From: Chrysomallon squamiferum
Lineage: Eukaryota; Animalia; Mollusca
Direction: 5' to 3'
Length of the DNA stretch: 64,000 bases
NCBI GenBank assembly: GCA_012295275.1
Contig: CM022667.1
Coordinates: forward strand, 10,168,001-10,232,000
Under the pieces are notes generated by a model that saw only the letters and a program-made list of their open reading frames with translations, did not search any database and was not told where the DNA came from. Shown piece after piece: positions 1 through 14,907 of this stretch (the stretch's first letter is position 1; every line of letters begins with the position of its first letter). Both the position numbers and the translations under genes were made by a program.

Positions 1-49
1 TGATTATATTATACATATTTCCTGATAATACATAATTCTAAAAACTCAC

Positions 50-480
50 CAGCAATAAAATAAAGGAATAAATTATCAAGTTAAAGAAAAGTGTAAATTA
101 TCACAAATACAGATAAAACTGCAAAAAAAATAAAGGAATCAGTATTAATATAAATAAAAAGATATGAATTATTATAAATAAATATAAACACTAATAAGCT
201 AAAGGAATCAGTTATAACATTAGTCAACTGTGAATTATTACCAATAAATCTAAATACTAATAAAGTACAGGAATGAGTTATAACATTAGTGAAAGTTAGG
301 AATCGTTATAAATAAATCTAAATAGTAATAAAACAGTGGAATCAATTATAACATTATTGACAAATACGAATAACTACACATTAATCTAAATAATAATAAA
401 TAAAGGAATCAAGTATCATTTTAGTGAAAATATAAAATAACACACACACACACAAAAAGATAAATAGCAATAAAAGAAAG
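50..480. repeat. Degenerate ~55-bp AT-rich minisatellite downstream of the copy A stop codon
   Basis: Recurring ATAAAGGAATCA..TTAT(A/C)ACA..GTGAAA units; homologous arrays at 5440-6020, 22915-23260, 48480-48730 (reverse) and 58655-59010. Confidence 0.7.
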
Positions 481-571
481 GTATGAATTATCACTATAAC
501 TTATGTAAAAAAGATATATATGTATTTTAAATTCATCTAAGATTAAAACACTCATCTTCCTCTTTGAATTT

Positions 572-996
572 TTATTCCGCAGTACTTGTGCTAAGTAACC
601 ACTGCGGATCTGTAATAATAAATAAAAATTTACTTTAAAAAACAAAGAATTACAAAGAAGACTTAGCTATGACAGAGGGCCAACAAATATTTAGAAAATA
701 AAAAACAAATCCATTAATTAATAAAGAGAAAAGTTATATATTACTGACTTTATATTAATTCTATAAATACTAGTTAAAAGGTAAACGAAATAGGATGCTG
801 AGAAAATAATTTTCTTATTTGGGGAGATTTCTTTTATTTTTATTGATTGATTATTTTTCATACCTCCAATTCCCTTCTCGTTACACATTTTTTTAAAGTA
901 ACGAAAGAGATTTCTTTGTTTCTCTTCATCGTTATCTTTGCAGAAAACGTAGATAATACGTTCTGAAAAGTGTTCCGGTAGCAGACGTGAAACCTA

Positions 997-1060
<64 letters not shown>

Positions 1061-2933
1061 TAGTAAATAAAAAAGAAAAGAAAGATAAACGAAAAAAAAA
1101 GGAACAATAAATAAAGACATAAATTAATATACATGACCTTTTCAACGGCTCTTCTGTATTAATCATGGATGTTGGTGTACATAAGGGATCGTACTTTTAT
1201 ATTTGCCTGAACGTACCTTGGATTTTTCTAGTTTAAAAGCTTTATCAGGCTGTGCTTTTGAGTAGAAAAACACATTTTCAACAGGATTTTTTTCCTTCAT
1301 CCCATAGTCAAATTTCAATTCCTATTAAACATAAAGAGAGTTTTGTGAAAAATAGTGAATCTGCCTAACTTTATGCAATTTTAACGAATATAGTATTAAA
1401 ATCTAGATATTCTTTGATAACAAAATCATTCAGTTATTTTCCAATTCTAATATATATATATATATTTGCAACATTAAAATAGTTTAGTGTATTCTTTATT
1501 AACGAAATAATTTAGAAATTTTCAACATTCTAATATATATTTATATATAAACTCCGCGGATTACCATTTCATAACAGCCTTCAACGTGTTCTTTCCGCAT
1601 CTCTTCTTCTGACATGTCACTAAGTACCTTTTCAATTCTACTGAACTAAAATAAACAACAGCCAAATATTACGACTCTTTCTTCTGTTTTTTCCTTCAAA
1701 TATATTTTTTTTCAAATTTGTTTTTCCATTTGGGCTTTTTCTGTCTTAGAACTCTGTGACAAACTTTAGTTTCCCAAGAAAACAGATTCAATTTTATATT
1801 TTTTTACTGCAAACAAATATTTTTTCCCATATTTTTGTTAAAAAGGCAGATTTATTTTCGTTAAATTTAACGATTTTGTGCATTATTACCAATTAAAACA
1901 AATGACAGCTACCAAAGAAAATTTATTGTAAAATCATTAAATAAAAGCCAAACAACCTCAGTTTCTGTGAGGTACGGACTTTGTGCAACACATTTGTCCG
2001 GTTTTCTCTCCATGATTCTTTTCAAAATGTTTCTTGCATCCTCGAGTTCTTTACTTTCAGAAAACAGAATTTTCGTGAACACGTCATCTGTCAGTTTGCT
2101 GTAGGCCACTGGATCGTCAATACATTCAGACATCTTTTTTTTTGTTCTGTAAAATACAACATGTATAAATGAGGTGATATTTTATGCTCATATATACCAT
2201 ATACCGCTAATGAAGACAAATGATTATTTCTACCAGGCTTCGACATTAATGACTTTCTAGTCTATACAACAAGATCTGGATGAGATTTTTATCATCTATG
2301 CCACATACTGGTTTCACTAAAGAAGAAAACGTTAGAACTGGATATTACATGTTTTGGTAATGCTATGGACAATGATAAGTCAGTCATCAAATTAGCATTT
2401 CTATATTTTAAGTATTTTTGTTTTTAATTGTATTAAATTGATATTTGTGGCATACACACTGGCATTCTGTTTATCGCACATCAATGAACTGAATTATATT
2501 ACAATAAACGATTCTGGTTAAAAACTGTGTATGTTTCCTAAATATAGTTTAGAGGATCATCAATAAAGTTATATCAAAATAACAACCGAAAGGGTGTATG
2601 GTCTTTATTAGATATCAGAAATCATTAAATTATATTCTATGTACTTTGAACTGCCTAACCCTTTACTTTTGTGGAGAAGCAAACTAGTTAACTACAACAA
2701 TATAAAGCATAACGGCTAATATCAGTTGTTAATGTGAAACATAGCAAGGTAAATCAAATTCAGTATCGAAATACCACAAACAAATCAATAACAAGATGAA
2801 TTCGAAAATACAAATCATCAAAGATACATAATATATACAGTAACGAAACATATTAAATATACAAAAGCATAAATATATCTGTATTTTTAAACACCACCAC
2901 CACCAACAACAAGTAACTAAGTCACTAAATAAG

Positions 2934-2992
<59 letters not shown>

Positions 2993-3505
2993 AATAATTA
3001 TAATTATAAGAGTGAAAATAGAAATGTAATTCTTAATTTCAGTATCTTTATTTGCAATCAAATTACTCTCTTTCTGCTGAACTATTAATTTATTATTTAT
3101 TCTCTATAAGTATGTTCCATAGAATATTAAAACAAAAATCATTTAAGATTTTGTTTGTAGTGTGATTTTATTTGAAACATAACAATTTTACCTTCATTCA
3201 GTTAAATGATAAAAACAAATTACAAAGTATAGATCTGTACATTTTCAGAATATATCATTTATTCTAAATAATTTTGTTCCAAGGATATTAATACAAAAAC
3301 CATTTAAATAATTGTATAAATAGTGTGATGTCATTTCCAGCATGATAATTCTAACATAGCTCATGTCGATAACAAAAACTAAAATAAAAAATATGAGAAA
3401 TACAAGTTTTAGCAGTGTAATTTCAGAGATACAACAATGTACACTCACCCTTGTCTTCCTTCAATGAATATATGATTATTTGCTTGAATGAAAGCTTGGG
3501 CCAAC
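572..3505 (-). pseudogene. SAMHD1: SAMHD1-like copy A, 3' half only (E9-E14), type II
   Basis: In-frame GT-AG exons: 3449-3505 (LAQAFIQANNHIFIEGRQG), 1957-2146 ([19 protein letters not shown]...), 1565-1645, 1217-1321 ([11 protein letters not shown]...), 864-993 (VSRLLPEHF...), 572-609 (stop). No E1-E8 found between 3506 and copy B; similarity to the copy C intron is lost near 3660. Confidence 0.8.
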
Positions 3506-4027
3506 CTAAAAACGCAAGAGTTAGTAAATTTGTAATATCTGTGAAAAAGTGAAAACAAATTTTGTCTGACCTGCTGATAATACATTTTCTGCCGATAATG
3601 ATAGGTACATATGTCACTTCAAAAGCTCCACTGAATACGTAATGTATTTTACAGAGAGTCGGCTTCAGGAAGCTTTGTTAGACTTTAATTATGTTGAGGA
3701 CTGAATGCTACCAGACTAGTTCAGTGAGCTCTGTGATACTTTCATTTGAAATTTTGTTTCTTGGCATATTATTAAATGCATCATTCCGTCAACTTGTCTA
3801 TTAAAATATGTCTTTGATTTCATAGTTCGGACTTACAGTCGAATTATGCACCGAAACCTACCCCTTCCCGCGCCTAAAAATAATAAATAAAAAAAAATAA
3901 AAAAAAGATCTATAATTTATGAAGACGTTTTTGACAGGTCTAAATCATGGTCAGTCACAAGGTCAAAGTTCATTTTACAATCGACTGAAGTGATTAGATT
4001 CAGTGTATGAGAGCAGCATTCCTTCGT

Positions 4028-4031
<4 letters not shown>

Positions 4032-4096
<65 letters not shown>

Positions 4097-4272
4097 ACGT
4101 AACATTTATAATTTTATATTATAAACATTTAAATATTGATTCGGAAGCCCCCCCCCTTACCTAAAACATAATCCGCCCCTGCTCCCCAATACGACTTTGT
4201 ACTTAGATGTCGTATATCGAGTTAGTGCAATTTTACCTTAATACTGTTTGTATTATAAAGCAGCCGATCTTC
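4032..4272. repeat. (CT)n plus ~180-bp segment duplicated at 16165-16450
   Basis: CTCGTAACGTAACATT...CCTTACCTAAAACATAATCCGCCCCTGCTCCCCAATACGAC...AAAGCAGCCGATCTTCT is nearly identical at both places. Confidence 0.85.
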
Positions 4273-4605
4273 TCAGTTTCACCCTTAAACAATCACAATA
4301 TTCACAGCGCTGATACCACAGCGTGTGTCCCTTCTATGTGTGCGTGCACACTGAAATTACAGTTTTAGCCATTATTTTAAAGGTGTAAAGTTTTTTCCGT
4401 TTCTTGTCTGTAAAGTTAGTATATTGTAATTTGTTTTCGTTTTTTAGATTATAGATAAAATCATCTTCATAGTGAGGATTCAATGACCTTCAAAGAAAGT
4501 CAATAAAGACAAAGAATAGAAATGGGTGTCTGTCACACAGGTTAATTGTGAAAAGCAAGTCCAAGTTTAAAACTAGGCTCAGATTATTTTAACATTACAG
4601 ATTTG

Positions 4606-4638
<33 letters not shown>

Positions 4639-5439
4639 CATCATTTTAACAAGATAAAATCACAAGATTTTTGAATATTCAGTACAAAATTTAAAGAAAA
4701 AACTAAAAATGAAATTTAACCAGATTCTCTCTTGTTTGTCCTACTTATTTTAATACAGAAACATTAATACATTTGTGACTTAATCTTTTAATGATTTTTT
4801 TTGAAGGTATTGTAAACAGTTATTTTAATTTAATGTATAAATGGTAACACATTTTGTTGTATGTGACTTTTAATGATCTTTTAATGATTTTTGAAAAATA
4901 ATAATGTATTATTGCTTACGGAAAAAGTAGCACGAATTTACTTACATGAAAGATATTCACATATTTTCGTTGTGGTATGAAAAAAACGATAACAACAAGA
5001 CAAATCAAATCGAAGGGTTTATAACTTTTTCAGAGAAAACTGATATTACAAATCAGAAAATTAAATAAATCAAATATTTGAAATTTTAAACATTATTTAA
5101 AGAATGATGTATACAGTATAATGACATGACATTTTTTTAATCGTTGAGCGTGATAATAAAATTGCACGCAGCTTCAAACATTACAATAAACAAGTAATAA
5201 TGTAATTATGCAAAATATGTGGTTTATATGTCTGTTTAGGATATGTGCATGTATATGTCTGTTTTCACTTATATGCTTCTTGTTATATTCCAACTGTGCA
5301 TATATGTGAATATATGAGTTGGGTATTTGTTGGTGTATTTGTGTAGAGGGGAAGTGTGTTTGTGTGTAGGTCATATCAGTTCATGTGTGTTACCACAGTA
5401 CACGAAGTAGATCAAACGATAAATATCAAAAAACATATA

Positions 5440-6020
5440 TCAAATGGCAATAAGTGAAAAGCACAGTACTATTCTAATACAAATGCTAAATATTAATAAA
5501 TTAATGGAATCAATTATCGTATTAGTTAAAAGTTAAACTTATCATAAATAAAGAAAAACAGTAATAAATAAACGGTATTAATTATCTGTTAGCAAACACA
5601 GCAAGTTATCACATGCAAAGGTCAAAATGTAATCAAATAAAGGAATTTAGTATCACAGGGAAAGTGCAAGTTATCACAAATGTAAACGAAATAGGAATTA
5701 AATTAAGGAATCAAGCATCTTGTCAATGAAAAGTGCAAATTATCATACATATAAACCAAATAGTTAAATAAAATAATAAAATAATAAGATAAAGGTAAAA
5801 GGTAATGAAATAAAGGAGTTTGTTATCACAGTGCAAAGTGCAAATTATCACAAAAGGTAGCTAAATAAAATAAAGGAATCAAATATCTTGTTAATCAAAA
5901 GTGCTGATTATCACAAATAAAGGTAAGAAGATAAATAAAGGAATTTGTTATCACAGAGCAAACTACAAAGTATCACAAATAAAAAGATAACTAGAATAAA
6001 ATAAAGGAATCAAATGTCTC
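5440..6020. repeat. ~55-bp minisatellite in the 3' UTR/flank of copy B
   Basis: Repeated ATAAAGGAAT...AAAGTGCAAATTATCACAAA units beginning ~70 bp after the stop codon. Confidence 0.75.
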
Positions 6021-6087
6021 GTTAGCGAAGAAACCTTATTAAAATGTTAAGGTTAGTTCAGATGTCTCTTTTAGAAACTTTGAATTT

Positions 6088-6738
6088 TTATTCCGTAGTA
6101 CTTGTTCCATCGACAAAACGTTCTGGCTCTGCAAAAAAATAAGAATGAATTTACTTGTACATATCAAACAATTACAAAGAAAATAAACACAGGAGAAACT
6201 ATGACAGAGGGGTAACAAATATTATATATATAATATTAAATACTTCATTAAATACTGATTGAAAAAAGTTGTGATAACGTCATAAATAATTAATAGTTTT
6301 TCTTGAAGTAGATAAAAATATAAAAGATTTATCTTCCAAGATGTTACACCATAATCTTTGTTATTATTATTATCATTATTAATATTATCATTATATGTTT
6401 ATTTATTTATTTTACATACCTCCAATTCCATTTTCCTTACATATTTTTTTGAAGTAATCATAAGCGTTTCTTTGTTTCTCTTCATCGTTGTCTTTGCAGA
6501 AAGCATAGATAATTCCTTCTAAAAAGTGTTCTGGTAGAAGGCGAGAAACCTAAATAAATAAATAAATAAATAAATAAATGTTTATAAGAACATAAGGATT
6601 AAATGTCAACAAAACATTTTTAATCCAATTATAAATATTATCTCTGATTCCGAATTCAAATAACATTTTTTTTTTCTTTTCCATGCAGAAAATATTTCTG
6701 TTTCCAGTTAAATATTTCATTAATATTCTGTAAACTTA

Positions 6739-6814
<76 letters not shown>

Positions 6815-9800
6815 ATCGTAAGTAAGTAAATAAATAAATAAATAAATAAATAAATACATTAATTTAGCGAAATGTAATAATAAATAAAATTAGTTATTTT
6901 TAAGTGATTCTAGTTGTTTATTTTCAACAATGCAGCCTCAGCAAGAATAACATATAAATGACAAGATTTCAATAACTTGCCATAACATAGTGTTTTGGAT
7001 GCACAGAAGGAAGGATGGAATGAAGGAAAGAAGGAAGGAAGGAGGAAATATAATATTTAACAAAAAATAGATCACAATGTATTTGTAGTTACATTCGATA
7101 GTTATAAGATTGAGGATCATGCACATAATGAGGAAGGAAACCCAAAGATGAAAAGGTGGCAGATCTCCATTCAAAATATGAATACGAAATAATGAAGATT
7201 TTCTGTGAAAAAACTAAATGTGATATGAATTACTAAAACGTTTCTTTTGCAGTTTAAATCATGAATCCTTCTGCAGAATTGCTTATGTTGTATTTGATTA
7301 AATATACCTGTGATTTTTTTAGCTTAAAAGGCTTATTAGGCTGGCGTTTTGAGTAGAAATACACATCTTCAACAGGATTTTTTTCCTTCATGCCATAGTC
7401 ATACTTCACACCCTAAAAATATGAAAAATGCTTTATGAAATAATCGATAGTGAATCTGCTTCACAGCTACAAAATACAGAAAATACTCATAAAGTGAATA
7501 CAAATAATAAAAGTAGTTAGAAGTAATATGTATGCATGTGAGCGCGTACTATTATGCTATTTAGTTATTTTAACTTTGTTAACAGAAATGTTCAGAAACG
7601 TTCAACATTCTAACAAATAATAATAAAAAAGTGATGGCTCTCTGCACATTACCAGTGTATAAAAATCCTCAAATTTCGCTTTGTGCTGGTCTTCTTTAAG
7701 TACTTTCTGAAGGTTGCTAAACTGAAATAAATGAAAGCCCAATGTAATATAATTACAATTAAATATTAATAATTTTATTATGACACAGATAAAAGGTGTT
7801 CTAATAAATCTTTTCATATGGTCACAACCTTGGGGCTATTTCCTTTTCTATTTTTTTTCTCTAAACCCTTTCTCTTATCATTGATATTTACATAATAATA
7901 ATAATAACAATAATAACAATTTAAATATGTTAATATTAAAGAGTATTAAATATTTATTTTCTGCAGTGTACTACTGATTTTAAACTCTAGTTTTAAAAAT
8001 ATTGTGAAAGATTCATTTTTTAAAGTTTTCCTTCCTCCTTTTTCTTTTCTTTCTTTTCTTTTTTTTTCTTTTCATTCTCACAATGTATTTTTTTTTTTAA
8101 TAAAAAGATGTTAATTTTGGGGGTTTGAATGCTTATATGGGAAAGAAAATTAGGTTATTGTAAACATATTAATTATCTCTTTCTGTTTCCAAGTATTCGA
8201 AAGCATTCAATATTATTCGATAAAGAAAAATAATCTAAACTGTATTTAACAACTAAAATCATCTCACAAATCAGACGATAAAGATATCTGAAAGAAAAAA
8301 CGATAACAAGAAACCTCATCTGCGTTAAGGTAAGGACTTGATGCAACACATTTGTCCACTTTTCTCTCTACGATTTTTTTCAGAATTTCTCTTGATTCCT
8401 TGAGATTGTCATCGTCAGAAAACAGAATTTTCGTGAACACGTCATCTGTCAGTTTGCTGTAGGCCACTGGATCGTCAATACATTCAGACATCTTTCTTTC
8501 TTTTCTGTAAAAAACAACAAGTATGAATTAGAGAAAACCTTAATCTACTATGTTACATATAATTTGTAATGAGGAAAAATGAAACTGTCTACCAAGATTC
8601 GACATTAATAACCTTTTAGAACACAGAACATTTTGCTCATTCATACCGCGTATATGCAGGGATTTTAAAAAAAGTGTCGATTTATGTTCATGAGGCTAAA
8701 TATTAGATGTCTGAAGATAAGTGTTGTCTGAATTAATTAAATCTTACAAACTGCCTAACTGTAAAATGTTGTGTTTAACTGCATTAAATTCATATTTGTG
8801 ACCTTCACACGGAGTCAATAACGACAATAATAGTAATGAAAGGAAAACTGAAATATAATTCTTATAGTCCATGCTAGATACCCATATTTTTTTTTCTCGC
8901 ACTAATTTGACTGAATTAAATGACAATATACAAATCTGCTTTTGATGCAGAGTGTTTCTTTGATTTGTTTTAGTTAATAAGTTATTTAAAAAGGTCGCTT
9001 TAAATGTTTATTAACTAAAATATTAGAAAATGTATTTAATTGTATCCTATCCAGATACAACTGCCATTACCATTATTTCAAATTAGATTAATGACATCAT
9101 TCACAGAGAAATTTGTGTTTTGGGTTTGGCATTAAAATGTAAATAAACGTAGGTTGAATTTACCGTTCCCCTTGAAGAAATAAAGAAAGAAAGAAAAGAA
9201 AGAAAGAAAGAAAGAAAGAAGAAAGAAAAGAAAAGAAATAAAGAAGAAGAAAAAAGTATGATAACGAAGAAAAATTGCGAAGAAAAAGATCAATGCACAT
9301 TAAACAAATGCACAGATGCACAAGTAAAGAGTAAATTTTAGACAACAACAACAACAAAATAATAACCAAAACAGTATTAATAAAATGGAAATAAAATATA
9401 ATTCTGAATTTTAATATCATTATTTGCAGCCATATTATTGTCTTTCTGAAATGCTACATTTGTAATATATATTTTATTCTTAATAAATCGGGTTCCATGG
9501 AATTTTAAAACGTAAATCATTTAATTGTATATACAATGATTTCATTACAAGCATGATAATTCTACCTTCATTCACTTAGATAATAAAACGTACAAACTTT
9601 AAACTTTCTCAGATACAAAACTCTAGACTCACCCATCTTTTCCTTTAATTCGTACATGTGCATCTGCTTTGATCATAGCTTCGACTAACCTAGAAACACA
9701 ACAGTATGTTAGCAGACAAAAACGGGTTTTATTCTGAACTGCTAAGAATTTGTTTTACAGATAATTAAATCATTTGACATTTTATAAAGCCTACTTTAAT

Positions 9801-10768
9801 CAAATTAAGCGAAGACTTTGATTCCATCTGTACTTTTACGAGACACAACGTCATTTCTTGTGCGGAATACAGCTTACAAAAATATCTGAGTTGAAGCAAA
9901 CTCACAGATTCCCCAAAGTTGTTGTCATTCTGTGCTGGTAGGCTCGTCTGTGAAGATCATAGCGTAAATGAAACATGCTGTAGATGTTTAGCGCCTCCTG
10001 TAAATTAGTTTTAGTCTACTTTTAGTTTTAACAATTCATGTTTTATAACAACTTTTTTTCACATACAACAAACACATATCATAACTTTTTATAAATGAGA
10101 AAAAAAAAAGTCAAGTATTGAACTGACGAGAAGTAAACTCTCGGAAACTCACCTGTGTTTCATTATCAAACCAAACTGAAAGCTGGTATTAACATCTAAT
10201 TTCTGATTCAGTGTGTCTTGTTCTCGAGTAATTTAACAGATTACGTGTCTGGCATTAACTTCATGACTGGTACAAACAGAAATGGTCCGGACAAAAATGA
10301 TTATCCAATTACAAAACAAATTTAAGTCTGGTGTCAAAAAAAGAGGTAAGCTTAAACATACCGAAAAAAAAAAAAATAATAATAATAATGTTTGAAATTG
10401 TTGCAGTTAATATTTTAAAATTCATTTTTCTTTCAATGGAATTCAAATAAAAAGATGTGAAAAAAATAAAAATTCCGAATCAACCTCTTTGTTTAATGAT
10501 TCCATTAGGTATACTATTAACTATCATTGCTGTACTACAAGAAGAAGAAGAAGATTAATAATTATGATGATGATATAAATATTATTTCACCTTATCCCTC
10601 ATACAAATGTGGTATCGCCCATCTTCAGCTTTCAGAACTTTGGCAAACTTCATGTAACGAATATGATCGAAATTGTTTTGAAATCCGAGCATGTGGCTGT
10701 CGCGTGCAAAATAATCCCATTTGTCGACATCAATCCCATTGCTTTTATTCGCAACTATCTAAATAATA

Positions 10769-10828
<60 letters not shown>

Positions 10829-10831
10829 GTA

Positions 10832-10875
<44 letters not shown>

Positions 10876-13270
10876 TTGTCATATCCAATATGGTCTTAAA
10901 ATCAAATCTGTTAAAGTTCACATTGCCAAACCGTGTTATTAGTAAAGGCTGTTTTCGTATTGTAAGTGATAATATAACAATAAATGAAATTGCTGTTTGC
11001 CGTCTGTTCGTACTGTCATATAAACATTTTACATTTACAAAATAAATCGTCATATTTTATTTTATTTTTTCAACATTGTTATTTATTTATTTATTTAATT
11101 ATTTATTATTCTTGTCAATATCATCATCATCATCATCATGAAGATGGCAGTTGTTGTGTGTGTGCTTTGATAAAAAACCCCACTAAACTTTACTAATTGT
11201 AAAGTTTAAACAGTTAGAAGTACAGACGTAGTAAACGTAACATTTATAAAAATACAACAGCTTTAGTAAGAAATTATGTAACCGTTTTACCTCGAACAGA
11301 AAACTTTTGCTTTCGTCCCTACCAATTTTCTCCCAGTCCTAAGCGCAAAACAATAAAAGAAAGAAAAAAATATGTGTAATTAAAATAACCACAAATACAC
11401 ACCAATAACAAGAAAGGTTATGAATGTTTTCATAAACCTTTTTGCAAACCCGATTTCAACTGTAATACAAGAAAAAAATATTTCAGTTATTTGCCTAATG
11501 TAATCATTTATATAAACAAAGGGCATAAATCAGTGTTGTTGTTTTTAAAACATTACAAAATCCAGCCTTGGCTTGCACTTACGTTTATGAATATGCAGCT
11601 GCCAGAGAGTGTTCAGGATTTGAGTTCTTTTTGTCTACACCGAGTGGAAAGCAGAGAACAGAGCCTCTGATAAGCCAACCGTAAGGAAGTGACTGGAACA
11701 GGAAATACCCTTAGAACTGAAGAGGACATTTTCTAGGATTTGTTATGTGTATCTTCCTAGATACAGGAAATCACAGACTGCCAGAGTGAACTGACAAGTA
11801 GCCGAGTAGTATATTGAGTAGAATATTTCCAACCAATTTGTAATCTATCTATAGTATGATAGCCTTTTTATTGTGTCATTCGGTAATAAGCATCTTAGTT
11901 CATGTACAAACTCTCCAGCCAGATGATAAACACTATAAAATAAATTTTAAACATAAATAAATAAATAAATGAATAAATAAATACCTGTTTTTCCATTTTC
12001 TCAGGGAGTCCCTTGATTAGTAGTTTTATGAAATTTTTGTCTTTTTCGTACAGTCCTTCTTTTTCAAATTCTGGATCAAGTTTGTTTTCTTCAATTAAAT
12101 AGTCAAATAGTTCTACAGTAGCATCCTCGTGCTGAATCAAAACATGATGACAAAGAAAAGGTTTAAAGCCGGTATAAATAGTGTTAGTAATAATACTAGT
12201 AGTGGTAGCAATAGTACTAGCAGTAGCTGTTGGTGTTGTAATTGCAGTTGTAATTGTAATAATAGTTATTTATCATCATTTTCACATGAAAATTTAGAAG
12301 AAAACAAAAATATATTTCTTCAGATGGAAACTTGGTTATAATAAGGTATAATAAACAACTTATTATTTATTTATTTATTGTTATTTTTTATTGTTATTAT
12401 TTTTTCATGAGATCAAATTTAAAAATAAACAAAACTAACACTCCATCCTGATTTCTCTGGTCGTATCCTGGGAATGAACTGATTATCAAACAGGTGTGAA
12501 TATGGTCCGTGTCCTGCAATATACAAAACAAAATGTAATTTTTATTAAAATAATATTTGAAAATCTGCTGCTGCAAAATACCCAACATGATGAAACAACT
12601 AGACAAGACAGTGATGGTATGCGGAACTATATGTTAGAGACTTAAGAAAAAAAAAGAAAAAAAAAAGGAAAGTAATAATTAATTTTAATCTTCTTCTTCT
12701 TCGCCTTTTGACCGCCTGAATTTTCTGTGTCGGACATAATCCTGGATGATCCGCAGTTCCTGTATGGTTCTTCGGATGTCATCCAAACACTTCACTCTTT
12801 GTCTGTCTCTTGGTCTTTTTCCTGGCACTACCACGTCAACTGTTCAGTTCCGTTTTCTTCATATGTTCAGAGTGCTGTTCACTCCTAGTTCCTTCCTGAT
12901 GTTCACACTCTTTACTCTGCCTTTCGTGGTTACACTTTAATACAATTCTGATCTAATGACCTTATCTAAAATTTTATCTTTAATTTTCTTGACACTTAGT
13001 GACTTCCAGTTAAAACAATGTTATCAAGTTGATATTTTTGTCCAAACCTTTCCTTTATTCAGAGTAAATAATACCGATTACCTGTATGTAATGTTTACAA
13101 ATCTAAGCAACGTGTATTAGAGCTGATATATATGTACTTATATATGTATAAGCTGAATACTTGGACACTCATTATTACATTAACTCGTAGTTTTTTCTTT
13201 AAATCCTCAGACCAAAGCAGCCTTGCTTCCTAGCATCCCTTTTTAGTGCTTAATGTTGAAGATATCGGTG

Positions 13271-13312
<42 letters not shown>

Positions 13313-14838
13313 ATTTTTTGGCCCTCTTCCAAAACACTGCATAGCTGCCTGGCCACTGCTCTCTAGAAGGTTATAGTGTAAGCTACTGTACAAACATTGA
13401 ACATAGAATTGAGAGAGAGAGAGAGATATCGGTATGTGTGAGTGTGTGTGTGCGTGTGTGTGTGTGTGCATACAAAAAAAAAAAACCCACACACAAATAC
13501 ATAAATACAAAGCATGGTTTAAACGTGATATTAAAGTAATATCTAAAGACGTTCACGAATACAGTATGTTTGAAAAGTCGGAAATAGGCTACTTCTCGGG
13601 TTTCTACCAATTCACTTAACGACAATAGCTCAGTGCCTGAACGGAACTCGGCTGTTAAATGCGGAGTGGCAGTACGTGTAGGTTACACATGCAAGATCAC
13701 GACACTTTTTAAAGACCTCTTTTACTTCTAGTTGTTTTATTTACTTTAAAAATTCACTCTACTTAATTAACGTTACACTTAACGTCACTGAAATAATTCT
13801 GTCAACAGAAAATTCAATACCGTAGACCACAGCATAGAAGCGTGTCACGTTTAGTTGCCAGATATAACAAAAGGGACACTCCTTGAATACAGGACCAGTT
13901 TCTTGTAGATCAATAACGCTATAAAAGATAACACGACTTGTCATTCCCGTATTTACTATATACAGAAATACTTCAAATTATTACCCAGGTCGTGGCAAAG
14001 TCCAGCGATTTGTATACAAAGTTTATCTTTTTCATTTATTTTCAATTCTTTCTGTTTTTCCATTAGCCTTTGTACAAACTCCCCAGCAAGATGGTAAACA
14101 CTGTAAAATAAATTTAAATAAATAAATAAATAAAAATTAAAAAGACAGCAACAACATCAGTAATAGTAAATTATTTAGTTAAATAGTTAATAAGTAATTT
14201 AAACAGTAGTATTGGTAGTAGTAACTAACTAAATAAATAACAACAAACAGTTGGTACTGAATATCGTCTTGAAAGTATTAGAAGGACGTTTACATCACAT
14301 CGATCTGTCCTGTACACGAAGAACTCATGATAACATTGAAGTAGAATATTTTTCCTTGTCGCCAAACGTACACATTTAAATAAGATAAATAAACTTACCC
14401 AATGCTGTGTTCAAATCGATTATGTGAAGCTGCAGGATAAACAAAGTAAGCCAAACCAAGTTGTTTTAGAAAACGAAGTCTCTGAAACTGCATCGTATCT
14501 ATTATCTTTATACTCAGAGCATCCACTTCAATGCTGCCATGGATAGAGTCATTAAAAATCTGAAATGTGTATGTACATGTATTTATACATATTTTATATC
14601 TGTGAATATGCATGTATTTTTACTGATCCCTTGAGTTTCGTACGTAAGCATGTATTCGTGTATCTATGTATATATGTGTACATAGGTAAATATGAAAATA
14701 TATGTATATATTTACATCATATATACGTCTCATTAGAATCATTAGATGCGGCTGTCAAAACAAGCTTCATACACTTTTAATTTCTGACTGTCAGTAGCTA
14801 CTGAATATTTACAATGAATACTGTAGCTAGTATTTGTC

Positions 14839-14907
<69 letters not shown>

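Noticed and set aside
421-645. Longer last-exon frame ([20 protein letters not shown]…)
   Set aside because: E13 ends in phase 1 in all copies, which selects the frame ending at GAA TAA, conserved in A-E
858-1166. Poly-L/Y/N/I, ER- and YLFI-repeat ORFs throughout the ORF track
   Set aside because: Translations of (AAT)n, (AG)n, (AAAT)n and (GATA)n microsatellites in introns; no coding signal
1981-2172. Plus-strand ORFs antisense to E10 (also 25351 and 60712)
   Set aside because: Shadows of the conserved minus-strand exon
11580-11860. Intronic segment of different composition in copy B
   Set aside because: Probably an old TE fragment, but no diagnostic motif or termini were seen
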